DNA from: an uncultured Gammaproteobacteria bacterium
GTDB lineage: Bacteria; Pseudomonadota; Gammaproteobacteria; Tenderiales; Tenderiaceae
DNA: 64,000 nucleotides
NCBI GenBank assembly: GCA_965602225.1
Contig: CBFCYE010000011.1
Coordinates: 21,182 to 85,181, forward strand
Direction of reading: 5' to 3'
Made by a program: the position numbers and the translations under genes. The notes beneath the pieces are model-generated. The model did not search any database, was not told the origin of the DNA, and worked only from the letters and a program-made list of their open reading frames with translations. This document shows, piece by piece, positions 40,130 to 49,774 of the stretch (position 1 is its first letter; each line of letters begins with the position of its first letter).

Positions 40130-40939
40130 ATGAAATGCAATAGATTTTTCCTGTTTGGGGCTGTGTTGTCGCTGTTTGCGGCGACTGTTCAGGCGGGAGT
40201 ATTCAATACCAAGCATAATTTAGGCAGTACCGGTCTCAATGCGGCCAGTACCTTTAGTGGTACGCGCGAGATTTGTGTTTTCTGCCATACCCCGCATGGC
40301 GGCGACGGCCAGGCGGCGGCACCTATCTGGAATCGTAATCTCGATCCAAGCGGCTTTGCTACATATGACCAAATGGGAACAACCACGCTGGATGCGGGTG
40401 TTGAGCCGGTTGGTTCGGTTTCTTTGGCCTGTCTTTCTTGTCACGACGGTACTCAGGCGATGGATGCTGTCCTGAATGAATCTGGTTCAGGCCGTGATGT
40501 GCCGGGCTTTTCTCGTGGTTTATGGGTTGGCCAGGCGGCAATGGTTGAAGGTCGAATTGGTGGCCCGGACGTGGTGACCAATCTAGGCAAGGATTTGACC
40601 AATGATCACCCGGTCGGGGTGCAGTATTCGGGTGGCGGCTATTCCTTGTCGAATCCAGCCGGCCCTGGTTACGATAAAGATTTTAATCCTGCTTTGTCTG
40701 AGATTTTGGGTGCCAGCCGGGTCTGGTGGGTAAATACGCCGGGCGGAACGGCTGGGTTTGAGAAGTCGGATATGAAGCTTTATACCCGCGTAGGTAGCAG
40801 TGAGGGGGCATATATTGGTGAGCAGCAGCCCTATGTGGAATGTGCTTCATGTCATGATCCGCATGTTGACTACAATCCAACCTTTTTACGTATTGACCCT
40901 ATTGGCAGTCAGGTTTGTTTAGCCTGCCATAACAAGTAG
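40130..40939 (+). CDS. uetA: Secreted tetraheme cytochrome c, OmcE-like
   Basis: Signal peptide; four CXXCH plus exactly four other His (TKH, TPH, NDH, DPH); symbol inferred from gene order of the Ca. Tenderia Uet cluster. Confidence 0.8.
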   Translation: MKCNRFFLFGAVLSLFAATVQAGVFNTKHNLGSTGLNAASTFSGTREICVFCHTPHGGDGQAAAPIWNRNLDPSGFATYDQMGTTTLDAGVEPVGSVSLACLSCHDGTQAMDAVLNESGSGRDVPGFSRGLWVGQAAMVEGRIGGPDVVTNLGKDLTNDHPVGVQYSGGGYSLSNPAGPGYDKDFNPALSEILGASRVWWVNTPGGTAGFEKSDMKLYTRVGSSEGAYIGEQQPYVECASCHDPHVDYNPTFLRIDPIGSQVCLACHNK

Positions 40940-40941
40940 GA

Positions 40942-41934
40942 ATGGGCTTGGTGGTATTCCGACCTGCGTTTGTTGGTTTGTGTTTGTTGTTGGCTTCGGC
41001 TGTGTGGGCGGACGATTCTATTTTTGCGCGTGTTAATGGGTTGCTGTTGACTCAGGCCGAAGTGGATACGGCGGTTTATATGACCGCGAGGCAGCGTTTT
41101 TTTCACGGCCGTATGGATGATGTGCGTGAGCAGGAGTTGCGGCGTGAGGTGGTTGCCAGCCTCGTCGATAGATTGTTGTTGATCAAGGCGGCTCGAGCAC
41201 GCGCGATTGTCGTGGATAAGTTGGCAAAGCAGCAGCTGTATAAGCAAATGCTGCTCAGGTATGATGTGACTACGCTGCCTCAAGATCATCGTCAGAAAAT
41301 TGAAGCTGAGTTGCTACAGCGCGCAGAAGAGCAGGTTTTGTTGCAGCAGTTGGCGCTTGAGGTTAAGGCGGTTGCCGTGCCACAAGAGCCTGAGCTGCAG
41401 CGATTTTATCAGCAGAATATTGAAAAGTTTACCACTCCGCCAAAGTTGCGGCTTTCTGTGATTTTGCTCAAGGTTGCGCCATCAGCGCCAAGTCAGGCCT
41501 GGCAGGCAGCCGGGCATGAAGCGAAGCGGTTAAGGCAAAAGATTATTGCGGGTACTAGTTTCGCAAAGTTGGCGAGTATGCATTCTGGCGACACTTCGGC
41601 TGAAGAAGGCGGCGATTTGGGTGTGGTGCATCAGGGTATGTTGTCTCCTGAGGCTCAAGTGGTAGTCGATATTTTGGCTGAGGGGCAGATCTCTGAGCCT
41701 GTGATTTTGTTGCAAGGTGTGGCGTTGTTTAGGCTGGAAGAGCGTCAGGCGTCTAAGCTTAATAAGTTGGCGCAAGTTCGGGAGCGGGCGTTAGGTTTGT
41801 ATCAGCGCGAGCAGGCGGGAAAATATTGGCAGGATTTTCTGATGTCGCTGCGGTCTGAGGCGGAGATTGAGATGGTTGATGGTGAGATAGCTGTTGAGAT
41901 GATTTGGGCGCAAGGGGCTGCTGTTGTCCAATAA
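40942..41934 (+). CDS. uetB: SurA/PrsA-like parvulin peptidyl-prolyl isomerase chaperone
   Basis: FARVNG, SFAKLASMHSGD.SAEEGGDLG, ISEPV motifs. Confidence 0.82.
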   Translation: MGLVVFRPAFVGLCLLLASAVWADDSIFARVNGLLLTQAEVDTAVYMTARQRFFHGRMDDVREQELRREVVASLVDRLLLIKAARARAIVVDKLAKQQLYKQMLLRYDVTTLPQDHRQKIEAELLQRAEEQVLLQQLALEVKAVAVPQEPELQRFYQQNIEKFTTPPKLRLSVILLKVAPSAPSQAWQAAGHEAKRLRQKIIAGTSFAKLASMHSGDTSAEEGGDLGVVHQGMLSPEAQVVVDILAEGQISEPVILLQGVALFRLEERQASKLNKLAQVRERALGLYQREQAGKYWQDFLMSLRSEAEIEMVDGEIAVEMIWAQGAAVVQ

Positions 41935-41958
41935 TAAACAATGCGGAGTGGCTAAGTA

Positions 41959-43794
41959 GTGCAGAAAGCAATCCGCAAAAAGCTGGTTGTTCAAACGCTG
42001 TTGCTGTCTTGTGGGTTGGTGCCGCTTGGGGTGGCGCAAGCCGCTACAGCTTCTTTTATGGGGCCGCTAGAGACATCTGGTTTTTTAGGCTACTACTACC
42101 GTTCGTACGCAGAAGAGACTGGCGCAGAAAACGTAAGTCATCAGTTGGGCGGGACGGTTAATACCTCTACTTACTTTGGCGAGCCCTGGTTGGCGATAGC
42201 CAATCTCTCCTTGAGTTTGACCCAGGACTCGTCCGAGTCGACGGGGGCTGTTTCGCAGTCCGCAGTTGATTCGCAGTTGATTACCGGTGATTTCGGTTTG
42301 AATCTGTTGCCACAAAGTAAGACGCCTTTTAGTTTGAATATGCAAACCACTGATAGTCGGGTCGATACCGTAGAGTCGGGTTTGACACCGATCACCTTTG
42401 TTGGTGAAGAGTATTCCAGTATGTATCTTGGTTTGCGGCAGAGCTATATGACGGATCATGGCGGCCGGTATCGACTTAATTATGATTATCGCAATTGGGA
42501 GTCATCTAGTAGTGGTGAGTATGATGATGAGACCTTTGGTCTTGAGGCAGACTTGCGTAAGCCGCAGCATCACCTGCTGGCTCGGGGTTCTATGCAGACA
42601 AATGAGCATTCGGCCTCATCACGGGTTAATGACAGCTTGGTGTTGGATTTAAGCCATTTTTATTACCCGGTGCGAAACTTTCGCCTTGATAGCAAGGTTA
42701 GCTATTACGACTATGAGCGTTCATTTTTGGACCCTTTGGCGGCGGATAAGCGCCTTTCAAGTCTGGATATGACGCAGGTGACGAGTAATGCCTTTTGGCG
42801 GCCAGCAGATTATCCCTTGAGTTTTACTGCAGGCGTCAGGGTTTACTCTATGGCGGGAAGTGAGAGCAATGTTTCGGGTGCTGATGTTTCAAATTTGGCG
42901 CTGAATTCGGGCCTGTTTTATCAAGTCAGTCAGAATTTGCGTTTGGACGCGAGTTTTTCGTCATTGTATGGCGAGATTGGTGGGGTGCAGGATGATGCTC
43001 ATCGTCAGGCTGGCGGTTTGTTGTATCAGACTGACCTGGAAGAAGTGCTTGGTTTTATGTATCAAGCCTATCTGGATGGCGATTTTGTTCATAATGTTGA
43101 TGTTATCGACGACAAAAATAGTTGGTCGTTTTCGCTTGGGCATGGCCTTGGTCGGTCCTGGTGGCCTTCGGAGCGCACCTCGACTACGTCGTTGCGTCTC
43201 AATTTTAATCAGGCATTAGGTTATTCGGGTGTGACGGGTGAGGTGCTTACATCGAGCTCTTTGCTACGTATAGATCACTCTGTTTCTCTGGCGTTTAATC
43301 AGCGAGCCTGGGGTGGTAATAGTCTGGCGCAGCTGACCTTGTCTGACTCAAGGGATTCGACCTCTGAAGAAAAGACTGCGATAGCAACAAAAAGAAATTT
43401 TGAACAGCAAATGATTAATTTGCAGTTGAGTCGTGATCAGGATTTAGGTCGCAGGAGTTCTATTACGGGTGATATTACGGTACAGTACGTCCGGGTGAGG
43501 GATGAGGCAACTGTTGGGGCCGCAGCTGCCGTTGTTGATGAGAACGATACAACAACATCAACAGGGCGGATAATATTTCAACATTATCAGATGCTTGGTG
43601 TGCGCAAGCTGCAGTATGCATCTGATTATGCCGTGTCCAATACCTCTACTGAGGGAGCGATTGATAGGCTGGATTGGGAGAATCGCTTGTCTTATTCGAT
43701 AGGTAAACTGGATACCAGTATAAGTTATCGTTTGACTGAGACTGACAGTCGCAATTATGATTTGCTATACTTCCGCCTCATGCGCCGTTTCTGA
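41959..43794 (+). CDS. uetC: Large outer-membrane beta-barrel protein
   Basis: Signal peptide; alternating amphipathic strands; C-terminal LYFRLMRRF. Confidence 0.72.
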   Translation: MQKAIRKKLVVQTLLLSCGLVPLGVAQAATASFMGPLETSGFLGYYYRSYAEETGAENVSHQLGGTVNTSTYFGEPWLAIANLSLSLTQDSSESTGAVSQSAVDSQLITGDFGLNLLPQSKTPFSLNMQTTDSRVDTVESGLTPITFVGEEYSSMYLGLRQSYMTDHGGRYRLNYDYRNWESSSSGEYDDETFGLEADLRKPQHHLLARGSMQTNEHSASSRVNDSLVLDLSHFYYPVRNFRLDSKVSYYDYERSFLDPLAADKRLSSLDMTQVTSNAFWRPADYPLSFTAGVRVYSMAGSESNVSGADVSNLALNSGLFYQVSQNLRLDASFSSLYGEIGGVQDDAHRQAGGLLYQTDLEEVLGFMYQAYLDGDFVHNVDVIDDKNSWSFSLGHGLGRSWWPSERTSTTSLRLNFNQALGYSGVTGEVLTSSSLLRIDHSVSLAFNQRAWGGNSLAQLTLSDSRDSTSEEKTAIATKRNFEQQMINLQLSRDQDLGRRSSITGDITVQYVRVRDEATVGAAAAVVDENDTTTSTGRIIFQHYQMLGVRKLQYASDYAVSNTSTEGAIDRLDWENRLSYSIGKLDTSISYRLTETDSRNYDLLYFRLMRRF

Positions 43795-43861
43795 TGCGTG
43801 GGTTTGGGTTTAAAACAATAATATTTAAGATTTTTTTTCATTTTTGAGGAGAGCTTTCGCT

Positions 43862-44287
43862 ATGTCACGTGTGACCAAGCATAGTAAATGGAGATATGTC
43901 CTGCTCGGAGCAATTACGTGGTTAGCCGCGTTTTCATTGCCCCAGACAGCGCATGCAGAGTACGCCGATGTTGTAATTAATAACTACGCTGATGCGGCGG
44001 GTATCCGTCCAGTAGTGTTTCCACACTGGTTCCACCGTATACGTTTCCGCTGTAAGGTTTGTCATGCTGACCTTGGCTTCCAGTTCAAAGCTGGTGGTAA
44101 CAAGATCACTATGGCAAAGATCATTGACGGTAAGTTCTGTGGTGCATGTCACAATGGTGAAATTGCTTGGTCTGTTGAGAACTGTGCCATGTGTCACTCG
44201 GCCATTCCAGGCACTCCGACTCATTTCCACGGTAGTACGGTTCAGCGCCTGATTGCGCCAGCCTACAAACCTGTTGAAAATAAATAA
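43862..44287 (+). CDS. uetD: c7-type triheme cytochrome c
   Basis: CKVCH, CGACH, CAMCH; VVFPHWFH; signal peptide. Confidence 0.82.
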   Translation: MSRVTKHSKWRYVLLGAITWLAAFSLPQTAHAEYADVVINNYADAAGIRPVVFPHWFHRIRFRCKVCHADLGFQFKAGGNKITMAKIIDGKFCGACHNGEIAWSVENCAMCHSAIPGTPTHFHGSTVQRLIAPAYKPVENK

Positions 44288-44302
44288 GGGGAGACTGAGA
44301 AT

Positions 44303-45040
44303 ATGAAGTTACGTAGCAAAAGTGTATTCCTAGGTTTCGCCCTGTCGCTGGCAATTTCCGGTCCTGCATGTTCGCAAGGCTTTGTTGAAATTCATGCGGG
44401 TGGTGTTGAAGATATGTCTCTGGACTATGCGCCAGAGTACAACCCAGTTAATGAGGTGGCAGCACCCGTTGACGAAGTTATCCGTGTTGCCCAGGTTGGT
44501 GGTGCGAATGTCTTTAACCGTAACCTGAAGAAACAAAAGATGAAGAATCCTCCTCCTCCAGAGGATGGTATTCATGATACCGAAAACGAAGGTACGTTCG
44601 TGTTGCAGCCGCCGCTAGAGGCTTTTGGCGGTCTGCCACCAAGTGATTTCGGTAACTATGTTGACTGGGTGAAAGCCGTAGATGAGAAGAAACTGTCTCC
44701 TCGCTGGGATCGTGTTGATTCTTCAGAAGAACCTTTCGTGATGGATATGGACATCGTTCGTGAAGTTAAGGCTTCTGTACCTGATGTAGTATTTCCTCAT
44801 CGTCAGCATACTGAGTGGTTGGCTTGTTCTAACTGTCATCCTGCGATCTTTATCCCTCAGAAAGGGGCTAACCAGATCAATATGTCAGCAATCTTGTTGG
44901 GTCAAAAGTGTGGTGTATGTCATGGTAAGGTGTCGTTCCCAATTACTACCAAGTCATGTAAGAAGTGTCACTCTAAGCCTAAGCCCGCTGATTGGCAGCC
45001 GCCTTTGAGTGAAGCTACTCTAAAGAATCCATGGAGATAA
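44303..45040 (+). CDS. uetE: c7-type triheme cytochrome c with N-terminal extension
   Basis: CSNCH, CGVCH, CKKCH; EDGIHD motif; FPHRQH. Confidence 0.82.
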   Translation: MKLRSKSVFLGFALSLAISGPACSQGFVEIHAGGVEDMSLDYAPEYNPVNEVAAPVDEVIRVAQVGGANVFNRNLKKQKMKNPPPPEDGIHDTENEGTFVLQPPLEAFGGLPPSDFGNYVDWVKAVDEKKLSPRWDRVDSSEEPFVMDMDIVREVKASVPDVVFPHRQHTEWLACSNCHPAIFIPQKGANQINMSAILLGQKCGVCHGKVSFPITTKSCKKCHSKPKPADWQPPLSEATLKNPWR

Positions 45041-45079
45041 CCGTTATCTTCTAGTGATTCTGTCTCACTAGCAAATGAT

Positions 45080-45108
45080 GAGATGGCCGCCTTAAGGGCG
45101 GCCTTCTC
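45080..45108 (+). other. Intergenic GC-rich hairpin (partial terminator or mRNA stabiliser)
   Basis: GGCCGCC-TTAAG-GGCGGCC with only a weak U tract. Confidence 0.45.
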
Positions 45109-45191
45109 TGTCTAGTAAGGAAGAAATCGGGCTGACATCAAATATGGATGAGTCAGCGGTAAGTCGTAAGAATTTACTGTCGAGGGTGACG

Positions 45192-46673
45192 ATGATGAAA
45201 CCAAAGTATACTATTCTGTCAGTGGCAATTGCCGCTGTGTTGGCAGGTTGTGGCGGTACAACCGCTGAGAAAAAAGCAGAACCAGCGCCTGAGGCGACGG
45301 TTGGCACGGCAGTAGCCGAAGTGAGGGCTGTTGAGAGTTCAATGCCGCAAGTTGCGCCGCAGCCAAAGCCGGCTCCTGTTGTCGCTGTTGTGCAGCCTGC
45401 CCCAGTAGTGGCGGCAGCTACACCAAAGCGCAAATTAAATATTCCTACAGATCCTAATACGTTTCTGGTAACAGCATCACCAAAGACAAATGAACATCCT
45501 TCTTTTGGTCAGGGGCAGAATTCCGGTTTTGATGTCAACGGCGAGCCTGGCAAGGAAGTTGTTGTAACGCGCGGTGAAAAATATAAGTTTATCGTCGATA
45601 CGGGTGTTCAACATGATTTCTATTTCACTACCAACCGGGTCGGTTGGGGATCTGGAACCTATACCGATGGTGTTGAAGGGCAGTTCATCTACAAGGGTGA
45701 TGTGACTTTTGAGCCATCTAAAACCACACCTGATCTTCTTTATTATCAGTGTCGTAACCATAAACATATGGGTGGAAAGGTTTATGTCCTGGATAAGGGT
45801 GAAGATTTAGCCAAGGTTAAGGCTGCCATAGCGAGTAGCGTTGGCGCATCGAAGGCTAAGTCAGGTCGTGCAGCTGCGGTTGTAACTGCTGGCGCAGTTA
45901 AGCAGAAGCTAGGTTATGCGCAAATGGTGATTGGTTCAGGAAGCGCCAAGCGCATCGAGAATAGCGGCGATAAGCAAGCAATTGGTATGCTGACGAATGC
46001 CCGGGGTCAGATTGAAGCGGCCAAGGCATCACTTACTGGTGGCCAACTTGAGCAGGCAATGACCCAGGTCAATGATGGCTTGCGTCTAATGACGGCTGCG
46101 TCAAGGCAAATCACCACAGAAAGTGAAATGGCTGGCGTGAATCACAAGGCTCAGTTTGAAGAGTTGACTAATTCGCTGAAGACTTATGAGGGCTCATACA
46201 AGAAAAACTCTGAGCGTGCTGCGAAGATGAAGCAGCCCGTCAAGGCGAAGCTTGATTCGGTTGAATACGAACGTTTGGTGGCTGAAGGTAAATCGTTGGC
46301 GGCTAAGGGGGATCATTTTGCGGCAAATAAATCCCTGAAGAAGGCTCAGTCTATGATTACGTCAGTCTTGACCAGCATGCTTCATGCCCAAACTGTGACA
46401 TACGATAAGAAGTTTGAGACGCTGGAAGAAGAGTATGAGTATGAGTTGGCTCGTTATGAAAACTATGAAGAGTTAATTCCTTTGGCTGTTGAGCAAAAAC
46501 AGCCGTCGCAACGTGCGCTGGAACTGATTGATAGCTTTGTTCAGAAAGCTGCAAAAATCAGGGAAGAGGGCCGGGGAGTTGCCGCCAAGGGTGACCATAA
46601 AATGGCAATCATGGCTATTCAGGCAGCGACCTCCAATCTGCAGCGTGCGCTACGTATGGCGGGAGTCAACTAA
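45192..46673 (+). CDS. uetF: Lipoprotein with Pro/Ala linker, cupredoxin-like domain and C-terminal helical bundle
   Basis: LAGC lipobox; QHDFYF and YYQCRNHKHMGG (H...C-x2-H-x2-M) motif; long amphipathic helices. Confidence 0.65.
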   Translation: MMKPKYTILSVAIAAVLAGCGGTTAEKKAEPAPEATVGTAVAEVRAVESSMPQVAPQPKPAPVVAVVQPAPVVAAATPKRKLNIPTDPNTFLVTASPKTNEHPSFGQGQNSGFDVNGEPGKEVVVTRGEKYKFIVDTGVQHDFYFTTNRVGWGSGTYTDGVEGQFIYKGDVTFEPSKTTPDLLYYQCRNHKHMGGKVYVLDKGEDLAKVKAAIASSVGASKAKSGRAAAVVTAGAVKQKLGYAQMVIGSGSAKRIENSGDKQAIGMLTNARGQIEAAKASLTGGQLEQAMTQVNDGLRLMTAASRQITTESEMAGVNHKAQFEELTNSLKTYEGSYKKNSERAAKMKQPVKAKLDSVEYERLVAEGKSLAAKGDHFAANKSLKKAQSMITSVLTSMLHAQTVTYDKKFETLEEEYEYELARYENYEELIPLAVEQKQPSQRALELIDSFVQKAAKIREEGRGVAAKGDHKMAIMAIQAATSNLQRALRMAGVN

Positions 46674-46716
46674 TCTCGCCTAATAGCGCATTACTATTGC
46701 TTTGTGTATAGTGCAT

Positions 46717-46752
46717 ACTGGCTGCCGCCTTAATCAGCGGTGGTCAGTTTTT
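46717..46752 (+). terminator. Possible internal terminator
   Basis: ACTGGCTGCCGC..GCGGTGGTCAGT followed by TTTT. Confidence 0.5.
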
Positions 46753-46782
46753 GTTTGCTGAGTTGGTGTAGAAACTGTAATC

Positions 46783-47379
46783 ATGTTGCGTATCAAACGA
46801 CATAAAATGTTACTTCTAGGGCTGATAGGGCTACTTGCCGGAATGCTTGTGCCTAGCATTGCGTATGTACAAGAAGAATTTGACGGTGACTTCTGGAATA
46901 GAGGGGAGCACTTTCAGCTTGATAGCAAGGTTGTGCCTGTGTATGAAGATGGTATTCATGACCCAAGCAATGACGCAGTAAAAGTGTTGCAAGAACCTGT
47001 TGAAGCGATGGAGACTTTTCCTCGTGATAACTCCGGTGTGATTGACTGGGTTAAGACGCTGGATCAAGGCATGATTGGGCCGCGTAAAGGTTTGTACGGT
47101 GACGAAGAAATGCACGCAGTAGATTTCGATGTTATCTTCAAAAATACAGGCTCGATGCCATTTGTGCGCTATCCGCATCGTCAGCATACAGAGTGGCTGA
47201 CATGCAAAAACTGCCACCCCAAGATTTTCCTACCGCAGAAGGGTGGTAACCCGGTGACTATGTCAGGGATCATGCAGGGTAAGTTTTGTGGTATCTGTCA
47301 TGGTAAAGTTGCCTTTCCCCCAACCAAGAATTGCGGACGATGCCATTCAGTCTCTCGCGACACAGTCGGCTTAAGATAG
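46783..47379 (+). CDS. uetG: c7-type triheme cytochrome c
   Basis: CKNCH, CGICH, CGRCH; EDGIHDP motif. Confidence 0.82.
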   Translation: MLRIKRHKMLLLGLIGLLAGMLVPSIAYVQEEFDGDFWNRGEHFQLDSKVVPVYEDGIHDPSNDAVKVLQEPVEAMETFPRDNSGVIDWVKTLDQGMIGPRKGLYGDEEMHAVDFDVIFKNTGSMPFVRYPHRQHTEWLTCKNCHPKIFLPQKGGNPVTMSGIMQGKFCGICHGKVAFPPTKNCGRCHSVSRDTVGLR

Positions 47380-48647
47380 CCGTTTGTTTGCTAGGAGCTG
47401 TGCAGCTGTTTGGCTGTGCAACTACTGAGCAGACAACCGCTCCAGTTTTGGATGATGATAAGGCTGCAGCTGAACTTGCAGATCTGTTCGATGATTTTGC
47501 TGGTGAAGACAGTGGCGTTGCTCTTGGCGTGGTTGATGAGGCTGCGACTACAGCTGATCAGCCCTTGTTGGCTGATGACTCTATCGATCCCTTGGATCAA
47601 ATCGCCAAAACACAGCCCAAGCCTGTTCTAAAAATCCCGCAAGCCGCCGACGTCCAAATATTTGATTGGCGGGTAATTAATGGCGCGGCATCGGGTAATT
47701 TTGTTACCGGCGAGGTGGAGCATCGGTTTCGGCGACCAACCGCAATCGCTGTCCAAAGCGAATACCTCTATGTCATAGATCAAGGGGCTGATGCCTTGTT
47801 TCGTTTTGATCTTGTTTCCGAGCGGCTAGAAACTGTGCTTGATCTCAAAGCTGAGGTTAAGGGTGAGGTTGCTGATATCTATGTTGATAATGACTTCTCA
47901 TTTTATCTGACGGATACGGAAGCCGGCAGGGTTTTACATTATGATAGACATGGCTCGCTGCTTCAGGTTTTTCGTAATCACTTTAATATGGTCAGGCCGG
48001 TAGCTGTCACTGTCCTTGATGATGGTGGCGTTGTAGTGGCCGATGGCCATTATGATCATCTTCTGCATTTCAACTCGATGGGGAAGCTAATTGCTACCTA
48101 TGGTGGTCGTGGTGAAGGAGTGGCTGAATTCATTAATATCACGACAATGGCAAAGGGGCCTGATGGCTTTTATGTGGGGGCGCGAGTTGGACGTCGCTTG
48201 CAGGTCATAGGAAATGATGGCGGTTATCTTTATGCCTTTGAAGAGGGGGAGATAGTATTTCCTGCTGCGATAGTGGTTGATAATGATAATCGTAGCTACG
48301 TGGCTGACCACATGGATAACACTATTAAGGTGTTTGAACGGGGGGGCTTGGTTGGAACCATTGGCGGTTTCGGGCTGGCTGCAGGACAGTTCAAACGAAT
48401 AACAGACTTGTGGCTGGATGGAGGTGTTCTCTATATTGTGGATAGCCTGAATGGCCGTATCCAGGCTGCCAGGGTCTCACCTGAAGCAGTTGTCTTGCCG
48501 TCATCAGTCACTGAATCAGACGATGGTTTTGTCCAGGAATTTGTCGAAGCCCCTCTGGATGAATCAGGTGGTGAGCCGGTGCCAGATGCCGCACCAGCCG
48601 AATCGCTTGAAATAAACGAACAAGCAATCGTACCTGTCGTAGAGTGA
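47331..48647 (+). CDS. uetH: NHL-repeat beta-propeller lipoprotein (start uncertain)
   Basis: LFGC lipobox; F.RP..IAV and Y.VDSLNGRIQ repeats; acidic linkers. Confidence 0.75.
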   Translation: MRTMPFSLSRHSRLKIAVCLLGAVQLFGCATTEQTTAPVLDDDKAAAELADLFDDFAGEDSGVALGVVDEAATTADQPLLADDSIDPLDQIAKTQPKPVLKIPQAADVQIFDWRVINGAASGNFVTGEVEHRFRRPTAIAVQSEYLYVIDQGADALFRFDLVSERLETVLDLKAEVKGEVADIYVDNDFSFYLTDTEAGRVLHYDRHGSLLQVFRNHFNMVRPVAVTVLDDGGVVVADGHYDHLLHFNSMGKLIATYGGRGEGVAEFINITTMAKGPDGFYVGARVGRRLQVIGNDGGYLYAFEEGEIVFPAAIVVDNDNRSYVADHMDNTIKVFERGGLVGTIGGFGLAAGQFKRITDLWLDGGVLYIVDSLNGRIQAARVSPEAVVLPSSVTESDDGFVQEFVEAPLDESGGEPVPDAAPAESLEINEQAIVPVVE

Positions 48648-49774
48648 TGCGCATGCGACAATCTTTAACGGCGCTTTTAGCCGCTGTTTTGTTGTCACTT
48701 GTTAGCGGCTGCGTGCAAATCCCTGCAGTTTTTGATTCTCGTCCCTATGAAGAGCTTAGGCAGGCACAAGTTTGGCCTGCTGCACCGGAGGTTGCTAGGT
48801 ATGCTTTCGTCGGCCAGTTAACTGGCGAAGAAAACTTCCCTCGTCCTGGTGAAAAGACGCTCAATATTGGGGTGAAGTTTTTGCGTTGGCTGGTAGGGCT
48901 GGTTGGACACGGCGAGGCGCCAGTTATTCTCCAGCGCCCGCAGGCGGTTGTCAGTGATGGCCAGGGGCGGGTGTTTGTTAGTGATGTCAGTCGCCAGGCG
49001 GTCTATCTATTTGATACACGCAAGGCAGAGTTAAAAGTCTGGCAGTATGCGGCTAAGGATATTCGCTTTGAATTGCCGATTGGCATGGCTCTGGCGGAAG
49101 ACGGTGGATTGTTGGTTGCGGACGCTTCGCTGCGGCTCATCGCTCATTTGGCGCCAAATGGTGAGCCACTGGCACAAATTGGCTTTGGAGAGCTAGAGCA
49201 CCCAACTGGTTTGGCCAGAGATCCAGCTTCAGGTCGGATATTTGTGGCGGACAGGGGCAGTAATTCGATCAAGGTGTTTTCGTCTGCCGGGGCATTATTG
49301 TCTGAGTTTTCAGGTTTCGGTGAGGCTGTGGGTGAGTTGAATGGCCCAACCTACCTGTTTTGGCATGACGAAAAGCTATATGTTACCGATACGCTGAACT
49401 CGAGAATTCAGGTATTTTCAGCCCAGGGTGAGTATCTTTCAGGTTTTGGTAAGCGCGGATTGTATTTGGGGGACTTGCCCAGGCCGAAAGGGGTTGCTGT
49501 AGATAAAGCCGGCAATGTCTATGTGGTAGAATCGTTCTATGATTATTTGTTAATATTTAATCAAGATGGCGAGTTGTTACTGCCAATTGGTGGCTCAGGG
49601 CATGAAGTGGGGCAGTTTTATCTGCCGGCCGGTGTTTGGGTTGACGATGACTATGTGTACGTCGCGGATACATTTAACGGCCGCGTTATGATGTTTGAAT
49701 ATCTTGGAGATGGGAATGCTTCGGACGTTGCAGGTGACGGCAGCTCTGGTATTGTTGACGCTGCTAGGGACTAG
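48644..49774 (+). CDS. uetI: NHL-repeat 6-bladed beta-propeller lipoprotein
   Basis: VSGC lipobox; LQRPQAV, LEHPTGL, YVTDTLNSRIQVF, FYLPAGV repeats. Confidence 0.8.
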   Translation: MMRMRQSLTALLAAVLLSLVSGCVQIPAVFDSRPYEELRQAQVWPAAPEVARYAFVGQLTGEENFPRPGEKTLNIGVKFLRWLVGLVGHGEAPVILQRPQAVVSDGQGRVFVSDVSRQAVYLFDTRKAELKVWQYAAKDIRFELPIGMALAEDGGLLVADASLRLIAHLAPNGEPLAQIGFGELEHPTGLARDPASGRIFVADRGSNSIKVFSSAGALLSEFSGFGEAVGELNGPTYLFWHDEKLYVTDTLNSRIQVFSAQGEYLSGFGKRGLYLGDLPRPKGVAVDKAGNVYVVESFYDYLLIFNQDGELLLPIGGSGHEVGQFYLPAGVWVDDDYVYVADTFNGRVMMFEYLGDGNASDVAGDGSSGIVDAARD

